Below, in pieces: positions 1 to 7,325 of a stretch of 41,946 bases of DNA. The position numbers and the translations under genes are program-made. Each line of letters starts with the position of its first letter. The first letter of the stretch is position 1. The notes below the pieces were generated by a model. That model was not told the DNA's origin. It saw only the letters and a program-made list of their open reading frames with translations, and did no database searches. The DNA comes from a virus (lineage: Duplodnaviria > Caudoviricetes), in the IMG/VR virus record IMGVR_UViG_3300037751_000826, positions 1 to 41,946 of that record. One strand, given 5' to 3'.

Positions 1-204
1 TTACCTCACCGCCCCCAACTCAAACTCCTTCACCTTGCCCTGCGCCGGCACGCCAAGCACCGCGTCGACGTGCGCGCGGGACACGGCGAGCGTGCCATCC
101 GGCCGGCGCCGAAACTCGATGCCCATGTGGCGCAACACCTTGGCCTGAGCATCGCGCCGTCGACGTCCGGTCAGCTCCGATACTTGATCCGCAGTAAGAA
201 TCAT
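1..204 (-). CDS. DUF4224 family excisionase-like protein
   Basis: MILTADQVSELTGRRRRDAQAKVLRHMGIEF..RPDG pattern; ATG at 204 with GGAGG upstream; last gene of the left arm, where xis normally sits. Confidence 0.75.
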   Translation of the reverse strand: MILTADQVSELTGRRRRDAQAKVLRHMGIEFRRRPDGTLAVSRAHVDAVLGVPAQGKVKEFELGAVR

Positions 205-242
205 CACACCTCCCAAAACTCAATGCAGCTCCGAGCCGCGTC

Positions 243-704
243 TCAAAACGGAATATCGTCGTCCAGGTCATCGAAACCGGATGCACCGCCTCCGCGCGGT
301 GACGGCTGCGCAGCTGGGGCCCGGCGCGCCGGCGCGCTGGCAGATCCCCCGGCGTTCCCACCATCCGACCGCTCGCCACCGCCCAGCATCTGCAGCCGGT
401 CGCCCCGGATCTCGGTCGCGTACTTCTCGACACCGTCCTTGTCCGTGTACTTCCGCGTGCGGATGCTGCCCTCGATGTAGACCTGGCTGCCCTTCTTCAG
501 GTACTGCCCGCAGACTTCAGCGGTGCGACCGAAGAAGCTGACGCGGTGCCATTCGGTCTGCTCGACCATTTCGCCCTGCTTGTTCTTGAACTTGTCGGTG
601 GTGGCCACGGCCAGGTTAGCTACGGCCTCGCCGCTCGGCATGTAGCGCATTTCCGGGTCGCGCCCGAGGTTCCCCACCAAGATCACTTTGTTGACGCTGG
701 CCAT
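243..704 (-). CDS. ssb: Single-stranded DNA-binding protein
   Basis: [24 protein letters not shown], Gly-rich linker and acidic DDDIPF tail. Confidence 0.97.
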   Translation of the reverse strand: MASVNKVILVGNLGRDPEMRYMPSGEAVANLAVATTDKFKNKQGEMVEQTEWHRVSFFGRTAEVCGQYLKKGSQVYIEGSIRTRKYTDKDGVEKYATEIRGDRLQMLGGGERSDGGNAGGSASAPARRAPAAQPSPRGGGASGFDDLDDDIPF

Positions 705-904
705 TAAGCCTTTCCTCCGAATAGATCGCCCTGGGCCGGGCTGGTGTTGGTTTCCATCGCGCGCCGCCGGGCGTTCGCCGCCCACTGCAGCAGGACGAAG
801 CTGAAATTCCGCGCGCGGGCGGTGAAGTGCCGCGACTGCGCGAGGTAGACGCGAGCTGTGTGGACGTGGAATGCACGGGTCACGAAAAAAACCTTATCGA
901 ACAT
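704..904 (-). CDS. Hypothetical protein (C-terminal QGDLF)
   Basis: 66-aa ORF whose TAA overlaps the ssb ATG; start uncertain. Confidence 0.55.
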   Translation of the reverse strand: MFDKVFFVTRAFHVHTARVYLAQSRHFTARARNFSFVLLQWAANARRRAMETNTSPAQGDLFGGKA

Positions 905-996
905 GCGACAATTGAAACGTCAAAATGACATGTCTGGATTTGCGGGTTCATTCTTTCTCACCCGCCCGAAAGGGCAAAGAACTGGGAGGTCTATCC

Positions 997-1137
997 ATGG
1001 CAACAAGGAAAATCGGCCGTGATGCTGGCACCGGGCAATTCAAGCCCGTCAAAGAAGCACAGAAAGACAAGAAGGGATCGGTTGTGGAAACCATTAAAGT
1101 TCCGCCCAAAACCACGCCGCCCAAGAAGGGCAAGTAG
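997..1137 (+). CDS. Small basic protein (46 aa), counter-oriented moron
   Basis: GGAGG SD then ATG at 997; MATRKIGRDAGTGQFKPVKEA...PPKTTPPKKGK; more AT-rich than its neighbours. Confidence 0.7.
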   Translation: MATRKIGRDAGTGQFKPVKEAQKDKKGSVVETIKVPPKTTPPKKGK

Positions 1138-1151
1138 GCCGCGGAGGCCAG

Positions 1152-2906
1152 TCACGCGGCCTCCATCATCTGCCCGACTACGCCGTTCTCGATCCAGAAC
1201 GCCTCGACGGTTTCCGGCAGCTGCGCGGGCAGCGCCTTGAGCGTACCGAAGATCAACGCGGTATCGATCGCGCCAGCCCATGCCAGTTCGTCGAGCCAGA
1301 ACAACAGGTCTTCCCGCCCCTTGAGGTCGAGCACGTCGAAGCGATCGAGCACCAGCAGGCGGACGCCGGACAAGTGCGCGATGGCCTCGGCGATCATGGC
1401 GTCGGCGCGCCACTTCTCGGACTCGGACAACAGCGCGTAAGCCCTCGGCTGTGCTCCTTCTTCGGCGGAGAAAATGTCCATATCGCGGCCGACGTTGATG
1501 CGCAGCCATTCCGAGGTGTTGCTCGACATGGCCAGGCGCTCGTTGATCGGCTCCAGCGCCTCGGCCAGCATTTCGCCAGGGATGCCGCTGGGCGCGAGCG
1601 CGTCGGCGATCGCTTCCCATGCCTGTACGTCCAGGTGGAGCGCGGAGGCGCGCGCGGTCTTTTCATCGGCCTCAGCAGCGCGGCGCTCGGCTTCCTCGAT
1701 CAGGCGGATGGCGCTCTGATGGTTGCCGCGGTGATGCTTGATAGCGGCGATGCGCTGCTCGAGCGCGCCGATGTGGTCGGCCCCGTCATCCGGCTCCCCT
1801 GCCTCGTCCTCCAGCGCCTTCAGCGTGCGCGCAGCGGTGTCTGCGGCTTCGAGATCCCGCTTACTGTTGGAGACGGCACTCTGCATCAGCTTCAGGGCGC
1901 GCTCGTACTCGGGAAGCGCGGATGCGGCTTCAGCGTCATAGCGTGGCAGCGTTTCCTCTTCCCACACCTCCAGCTGGCCATCGTGGATCAGCAGCATGCC
2001 TCCACAGTGGGGGCACGGATGCGGCGCGGTGTTCTGTTCGGGCTTCATGCCGGCCTTGGCGCGGGTCGCCTCGACCTTGGCTTCCAGCTCCTTCAGCCCT
2101 GCCTCGTCACGCTCCAGCTTGTCGGCATATCGGGCGTACATGCCGGCCTGCTGCCGTAATCCGTTCAGCTTTGTCTGCTGCTCGGCTACCTGCCGGGCGC
2201 GCCCCTGCAGTTCACCGAGGCGCTTGGTTTCGGTCTCGATTTCGTTCTCGACCGCAGCCAGATCGGCGCGGGCCTGCGCCAGCTCGTCGGCTTTGACCTC
2301 CGGTTTTGCCGCCTGCCATGAGACAGCTTTGACCGAGCCGTAGGCCTCGCCGCCGGTGATGGTCTTCCAGCTGGCCTTGCACTCGCGGGCCTTGCCCTGA
2401 GCTTCCTTCTGGGCGGCGTCGAAGCCGGCGCGCAGGAAGGGGGCGACGGCGTCGATCTTGGCTGCATCGCAGCCCTTGGCCAGCAGGCGCTCGCGGACTG
2501 CCGGGCCATCGGTTTTCAGGCCCATGAGGCCGAACAGGAAGGCGCGGCGATCGTTGGGGTCGAGCCGGGCGAAGCGCTGGGCGTCGAGGACGAACGGGAC
2601 AGCCTCATCCGTGCTGTGCAGGCCTTTGCCGGCCGGCAGCACCATAGAGGCGGTGAAGTCCTGCCCTTCGTCGGTCCCTTGAAGTTCGACGAACCCGGAT
2701 TCCTGCCCCTCGCTGACCAAGGCGCCGAAGTCCTTCTTCAGGCCGACGCGGACGGTCTCACCGGTAAGGGCCATGCGGACGGCTTCCTGAACGCTGGATT
2801 TCCCGGCGCCGTTCTTGCCCGCGAACAGGGCGACGGGCTTGGTCAGCTTCACGTCGACGGCGCGGGCGCCGAGGAAGTTGCTGGTTTGGATGGCGGTGAT
2901 TTTCAT
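1152..2906 (-). CDS. Rad50/SbcC-like ABC ATPase with coiled coil and zinc hook
   Basis: Walker A GKNGAGKS, long coiled coils with central CPHC, degenerate signature LSESEK, Walker B/D-loop LLVLDRFDVLD. Confidence 0.85.
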   Translation of the reverse strand: MKITAIQTSNFLGARAVDVKLTKPVALFAGKNGAGKSSVQEAVRMALTGETVRVGLKKDFGALVSEGQESGFVELQGTDEGQDFTASMVLPAGKGLHSTDEAVPFVLDAQRFARLDPNDRRAFLFGLMGLKTDGPAVRERLLAKGCDAAKIDAVAPFLRAGFDAAQKEAQGKARECKASWKTITGGEAYGSVKAVSWQAAKPEVKADELAQARADLAAVENEIETETKRLGELQGRARQVAEQQTKLNGLRQQAGMYARYADKLERDEAGLKELEAKVEATRAKAGMKPEQNTAPHPCPHCGGMLLIHDGQLEVWEEETLPRYDAEAASALPEYERALKLMQSAVSNSKRDLEAADTAARTLKALEDEAGEPDDGADHIGALEQRIAAIKHHRGNHQSAIRLIEEAERRAAEADEKTARASALHLDVQAWEAIADALAPSGIPGEMLAEALEPINERLAMSSNTSEWLRINVGRDMDIFSAEEGAQPRAYALLSESEKWRADAMIAEAIAHLSGVRLLVLDRFDVLDLKGREDLLFWLDELAWAGAIDTALIFGTLKALPAQLPETVEAFWIENGVVGQMMEAA

Positions 2907-3349
2907 GCGGCCTCCTGGAATCCGAGTTCTTCGTTCGACGGGTTGAGCTCAATCTCAATCTCGTCCTGCAGGTACTCCGCCATGCGCGCCACTTCGTCGC
3001 CGCTCGGCTTGAACGAAATGGAGAACGTCAGCCGGATCTGGCTGCCGTTGACCGGCTCCAGGGTGAATTTCTTCACCTTGACGCCGTGGAACGTGCCGCC
3101 GACGGCGTCCAGCCGGTAGCCCTCGAGCTCGTGCGAGAAGCTGACCGGGCCCATCATCACGTTGCGCACAGCGCCTCCTTGCAGGAACAGGAAGTAGGCC
3201 AGCTCAGGCTCGAAATAGTCGGCGACCGCCATGGAACACAAGGCCTGCAGCTTCACGTCGACGGCCAGTTCCTTGTCGTCGTCGGGGCCTTCCTTGCGGG
3301 TGTTCAGGTGCAGGATGCTGGCCCTGCCCTGGAATCTGAATTTGCTCAT
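2903..3349 (-). CDS. Hypothetical phage protein
   Basis: ATG 3349 after GAGGA; ATGA overlap with the ATPase gene. Confidence 0.75.
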   Translation of the reverse strand: MSKFRFQGRASILHLNTRKEGPDDDKELAVDVKLQALCSMAVADYFEPELAYFLFLQGGAVRNVMMGPVSFSHELEGYRLDAVGGTFHGVKVKKFTLEPVNGSQIRLTFSISFKPSGDEVARMAEYLQDEIEIELNPSNEELGFQEAA

Positions 3350-3359
3350 GTACTGATCC

Positions 3360-4157
3360 TCAGAAAAGTGAAAGTTGGTCGGCGGGCTGCCGCGGTTGCC
3401 GATGGATGGCAACGACTGGCGGCGCCGGGTGATGAACTTCGGGTTTGTGGATGACAGGCGGCGCGGAAACGATGGGCCCGGCCGCGCGGCGTTCTGCTGC
3501 GGCGAGCCTCCATTCCCAGCCGCCCATGATGTGAGCCGGGGTGTGCCAGTGCGACCGCTCCTCGAGCGCGAGCGTGTTGCCGTGGATGACCACGGCCGGG
3601 ATGTGCAGGAGCGAGAGCTGGACGTAGGCCATGTGCACAGCTTTCAGGTCCAGATCCTGGGCAACGACGTGTAGGTGCTGCTGGTAGTCGATCCCGGCCG
3701 CGTACATTTCCTCGGCCAGGGCAATAACCATCGCGCCGCCACCGCAGGCCGGCTCATTGGCGCGGATGAACCCGCGCGCGTCGATCAGACCGCGCATGTG
3801 GTCGTCGACCATCATTCCGGACATCATTCGGCACAGCTCGTACGGCGTGAAGAACTGCCCGTGCCACTTGCTGCCCAGCTCCATTTCCATGAAAACCGCA
3901 CCGAGCACGTCGGCAGGCCCGCATTCCAGTTCGCTCACCAGCTCGCCCAGCATGCGGGGGAAGCGCTCGACCTCCTCCCGCTCGTACTTGCCGACGATCT
4001 CCAGATAGCGGGCCTCTCTGGCTTCGCGGCGCGCCAGATCCACGGCGTTGCTGATGGCGATGGCCGACAGCTCCACGAAGTCGCTGAACACCTGCCAGTG
4101 GCCGTGGGTGCGGCCGTTGGCTTCGATCAGCTTGATGAGGGCCTTGCGGTGGGTCAC
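3360..4157 (-). CDS. N6-adenine MTase-like (HsdM-like) SAM-binding protein lacking the NPPY/F catalytic motif
   Basis: GQFFTP (motif X), EPACGGG (motif I), QDLD, GNTL; no (N/D/S)PP(Y/F); ends QLSLF. Confidence 0.75.
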   Translation of the reverse strand: MTHRKALIKLIEANGRTHGHWQVFSDFVELSAIAISNAVDLARREAREARYLEIVGKYEREEVERFPRMLGELVSELECGPADVLGAVFMEMELGSKWHGQFFTPYELCRMMSGMMVDDHMRGLIDARGFIRANEPACGGGAMVIALAEEMYAAGIDYQQHLHVVAQDLDLKAVHMAYVQLSLLHIPAVVIHGNTLALEERSHWHTPAHIMGGWEWRLAAAERRAAGPIVSAPPVIHKPEVHHPAPPVVAIHRQPRQPADQLSLF

Positions 4158-4170
4158 GTTGGCGCCCCGT

Positions 4171-5307
4171 TTATTCCATGCTCATGCCGCTACGACCGCG
4201 GCGAGCGGCCGGGGCCGGCTTCTGGTCCACCGGCGCGGCGCCACCGGTCAGTTCCTCACGGCGCGAGCGATACAGGTCAGTCAGTCCGGAGCGCTGCTCG
4301 TCGTCACTGATCTCGCGGATCAGATCGGCGTCGGCGTCGAGGATGTCGACGTCGGTGGCCTTGGCCAGGCGCTCGCGCACCTGATCAGCCGTCAGGGCGC
4401 TTCTGGTGGTATCGGCAGGCGCGTCGGACCGGTCTCCAGTGCCGCCGGCGATCTCGCCGGTCGTGGTGTCGATGCCGGCGTCGTCACCCGTCGCGACGTC
4501 GTCCGTCGCGACGGTGTATTCGCCCTGCAGCACGTCCTCGAACGCGCCCTGCGTCTCGCCGACTGAGGCCTTGCCGTCCAGCGTTGCCGCGGTGGCCAAC
4601 TCGATGCTCACCGGCAGGAACTTGAACAGGCGGCGCAGCACGGTCTTGCGGCCCATCTCGACGAAGTGCGCGCCCCACGGAGAGCTCGCTTCCTTCTTGA
4701 ACCGTACGGCGGTTTTCCAGCCCTGCGAGGCGTCGCGGATGGCGATCACGTCGGCGTTACTCATGACCTCGAAGGCGTAGCCGCCGCCGACCAGCTTGGC
4801 CACGGCATAGAAGGCGATCACGGCGCCGCGCTCGCCCATCGCCGGCCGGTGCACCAGCTTCTCGTCGAGGCCGTATTCGTATTCGAAGTGGTCGTTCGCG
4901 CGGACTTCATGGGCGGCGATGCTCACGATCTGGCCGCTGCGGCGCGCGAGGTCGATCAGGCCCTTGTAGCCGAACACGATCTGAACCTCGGTGATGTTCT
5001 TGCTACGGTTTTCGAACGGGATCAGGTAGGCGTGCCCCAGCGGAGTATTGGGTTCGAGCCCCAGCTGCGCGCACTGGATGATCGCTCCCAGCAGGGTGTC
5101 GGTGCGGGCCTGCATCAGCTTCGGCGTGGTGCGCAGCGCGCCCAGGGCGATCTTCAGCATGCGGTCGGCGCCCACGTGCTTCGGCAGGACGGCGGCGAGG
5201 GTCGACTTCTGGCTTTCGAAGAAGGCCTTCACGTTGCCGATGCCGGCGTCCGCGGCGACGCTGACGGCAGTTTTCTTGAGGTCGCGTAGGTTGGTGGGTG
5301 CATTCAT
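4171..5307 (-). CDS. recT: RecT-family single-strand annealing recombinase
   Basis: AQLGLEPNTPLGHAYLIPF, GYKGLIDLARRSG, EMGRKTVLRRLFKFLP motifs. Confidence 0.93.
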   Translation of the reverse strand: MNAPTNLRDLKKTAVSVAADAGIGNVKAFFESQKSTLAAVLPKHVGADRMLKIALGALRTTPKLMQARTDTLLGAIIQCAQLGLEPNTPLGHAYLIPFENRSKNITEVQIVFGYKGLIDLARRSGQIVSIAAHEVRANDHFEYEYGLDEKLVHRPAMGERGAVIAFYAVAKLVGGGYAFEVMSNADVIAIRDASQGWKTAVRFKKEASSPWGAHFVEMGRKTVLRRLFKFLPVSIELATAATLDGKASVGETQGAFEDVLQGEYTVATDDVATGDDAGIDTTTGEIAGGTGDRSDAPADTTRSALTADQVRERLAKATDVDILDADADLIREISDDEQRSGLTDLYRSRREELTGGAAPVDQKPAPAARRGRSGMSME

Positions 5308-5328
5308 GACTGGTGATCTCCTGTGTTG

Positions 5329-6156
5329 TCAGTCGTGGAAGGGGCACGTCGCATGGCGCGGGCAGTACTTGTCCGAGCAGAGCAACGATTTGGGGTTGGG
5401 GTAAAAACGGCCGCTTCGGAACATCTCGGCGGCGAACTCGATCAGGCCCGGGTGATCCTCGGTGCCGACCATCACGCGCTTGGCGTTCTTGATCGTGCCG
5501 GTGGCGATCTCGGGCGTGCCTTTGGTCTTCAGGCCGATGATCTCGGCGTCGTCGGTGATCGACTCGCCGGTGGTGTGCTCGTAGAGCAGCTCGTAGGTGC
5601 CGATCTGGGCGCCGTGGCCTTTGGTGACGGCCGCGCCCTTCTGGACGGCTGCCGAGCCACTCTTAAGGTCGGCGATGCCGACACCGTGCGATCCCTTGCG
5701 GATGCGGGCGCGGTCCATGGTTCCGGTGAGGCGGACGATGACACCGCCCCCGCAGTCGATGTCGAGCGGCTTGGTTTCCATCTCGACGGCGACAAAGTCG
5801 AAGCGCGGCGAGACCTCGATGCAGTACTTCGCCGTCAGGGCGATACCGATGCGCTCGGCATCCTTCACGGTGAGATCGTCCCGGGCGGGGTCAAACTCAT
5901 TCTCGGGGTCGCGTAGCTTGTCGACCATGACGCCGGCGGCGTCGTCGGCGGTCACGCCGGCACCGCTGAGGCGCGAAGTATCGAACGCGGCCGTTCCAGC
6001 GTGGATCGCGGTGCCGAGCGCGGCGCGCAAGCCGACGACGTTGCGCAGCTTCAGGAGGTGGATGCCCTCCCAGCGGTAAGCGCAGTCGAATAGGCCGGCC
6101 CAGGAACTTGCGCGGACAACTAGCGACGGCTCGATGATGGTTTCGGCGGCGTTCAT
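5329..6156 (-). CDS. PD-(D/E)XK exonuclease (Cas4/RecB-like, probable Fe-S), partner of RecT
   Basis: ALGTAIH, VE, GTMD, IADLKS; one N-terminal Cys plus C-terminal CSDKYCPRHATC. Confidence 0.85.
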   Translation of the reverse strand: MNAAETIIEPSLVVRASSWAGLFDCAYRWEGIHLLKLRNVVGLRAALGTAIHAGTAAFDTSRLSGAGVTADDAAGVMVDKLRDPENEFDPARDDLTVKDAERIGIALTAKYCIEVSPRFDFVAVEMETKPLDIDCGGGVIVRLTGTMDRARIRKGSHGVGIADLKSGSAAVQKGAAVTKGHGAQIGTYELLYEHTTGESITDDAEIIGLKTKGTPEIATGTIKNAKRVMVGTEDHPGLIEFAAEMFRSGRFYPNPKSLLCSDKYCPRHATCPFHD

Positions 6157-6314
6157 TTGAAGGCCCCTGTTTGGTCGATATATGCCGCGACCGCATAGAC
6201 CGCCAGGATGAACAGGCTGACCGCAGCAACGATCGCATCTGCGCGACCCGCCTTCTCTGCCCGCTCGCGCTCGGCATGCACCTTCAACTCGTTTCTAATC
6301 CCGACGCTGTTCAC
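6153..6314 (-). CDS. Small membrane protein
   Basis: GTG at 6314 overlapping the upstream TGA, with GGAGG; one hydrophobic stretch AIVAAVSLFILAVYAVAAYI. Confidence 0.6.
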   Translation of the reverse strand: MNSVGIRNELKVHAERERAEKAGRADAIVAAVSLFILAVYAVAAYIDQTGAFK

Positions 6315-6577
6315 GCTGCCTCCTTCGCCTGATAGCAAGGCTCTTCGGGCCATCGCAGATAGCCGTCCTCGTTCCGTTCGCTGGCGGCGCAGCTGCCCGG
6401 GATGTCGTGGGCGCAGCCGGTGCACACGCGGTCGACACTCTCGTTGCCCGAGCGGTCCAGCGTCAGCCGGACGCCGCCGTGGGTGACTACCGTCATGTGG
6501 GTGTCGGGGTTAGCCGCCAAGAAGTCCTGGGCGAATTGCCGGGCCTGGCGGTGCTCGTTGATATATGCCTCTGCCAT
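6311..6577 (-). CDS. Hypothetical Cys-containing early protein (first gene of the PL operon)
   Basis: AGGAG SD; CTGC...C...C. Confidence 0.7.
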   Translation of the reverse strand: MAEAYINEHRQARQFAQDFLAANPDTHMTVVTHGGVRLTLDRSGNESVDRVCTGCAHDIPGSCAASERNEDGYLRWPEEPCYQAKEAA

Positions 6578-6593
6578 CGTCTCCTCCTGATAT

Positions 6594-6657
6594 TCTGCGG
6601 AAATCGCAGACTACATGACGCAGATTACGCAGAAATATAAACTGCGTCAAGCGCAGA
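6594..6657. promoter_or_regulatory. OL operators, consensus TCTGCG-N5-CGCAGA
   Basis: TCTGCG-GAAAT-CGCAGA (6594-6610) and ACTGCG-TCAAG-CGCAGA (6641-6657), plus CGCAGA half-sites at 6619 and 6628; same motif occurs between cI and cro. Confidence 0.85.
6622..6650 (-). promoter_or_regulatory. PL-like sigma70 promoter
   Basis: Minus strand TTGACG (6650-6645), 17-bp spacer, TAATCT (6627-6622), pointing into the left arm. Confidence 0.8.
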
Positions 6658-6781
6658 ATTTAAGCAAATGGAATTGCTCGGGCCGCAGTGGCGGCGAGCC
6701 CAAGAGATGCCCTACACGTGGCGGGCTGGCGTAATACTTCGGCCTGAATTAGCCTAAGAGGCCACAGGGGAAGTGACTGAT

Positions 6782-7297
6782 ATGAGTGAGCTGCTTGATC
6801 TAGCCGAGAAGGCCGGGCACGAGAACATGCGGGAGCGCATCGAGGTGGCTGGAATGATCCAACGCGAGGCGAACACGGTGATGGCACTGATGCTTACCGG
6901 CGCCGGAGCCGCGCTGGCGTACGCCGGAAGCGACAAAGGCATGAACCCTGGGATCACAGGGGCAGCGCTGGCGGTCTGCCTGTACCTGTTTTTGCTGGGC
7001 GGGGTGTTGAACTGGAAATGTCTGGCCATCGCGCCCTACCCTTCCGCGTTTAACGAACCGAATAGCCTGCACAAGCCAGAGTATCGGGTGGAGCAGCTTC
7101 GGCAGTGGGAGCTTGAGAACCTACAACACCGGATACGCGATGCCGCTGCCATCAACAACCGAAGAGGCTCCTGGCTGAACTGGTGCCGCATCGCGGCAGC
7201 TTTCACGCCACTCGCCGCTCTCCTCGGCTGGGGCGCGGCCTATCTTGTGGCGGACGCTGCTCCCGCCGTTGCGGCTCTGGTTGCGGGATGGGGTTGA
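6782..7297 (+). CDS. Membrane protein of unknown function (about 3 TM helices), moron
   Basis: Three hydrophobic segments; oriented against both neighbours. Confidence 0.75.
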   Translation: MSELLDLAEKAGHENMRERIEVAGMIQREANTVMALMLTGAGAALAYAGSDKGMNPGITGAALAVCLYLFLLGGVLNWKCLAIAPYPSAFNEPNSLHKPEYRVEQLRQWELENLQHRIRDAAAINNRRGSWLNWCRIAAAFTPLAALLGWGAAYLVADAAPAVAALVAGWG

Positions 7298-7325
7298 GCG
7301 GCTCTGCCTTCTTGAGACAATTCAT
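7203..7325 (-). CDS. Putative 40-aa Pro/Arg-rich peptide antisense to the membrane gene
   Basis: ATG overlaps the MTase TGA (ATGA); MNCLKKAEPLNPIPQPEPQRREQRPPQDRPRPSRGERRVA; below the ORF-track cutoff. Confidence 0.4.
   Translation of the reverse strand: MNCLKKAEPLNPIPQPEPQRREQRPPQDRPRPSRGERRVA

Noticed and set aside
948-1133. 61-aa minus-strand ORF
   Set aside because: TTG start, antisense to the better-supported 997-1137 gene.
5329-6156. Cas4 / CRISPR system
   Set aside because: No repeat-spacer array or other cas genes; adjacency to recT indicates a recombination exonuclease.
1152-6577. C-terminal EAA on several early proteins as a ClpXP degron
   Set aside because: Mostly explained by a GGAGG SD and (A/G)TGA stop-start overlap; no independent evidence.
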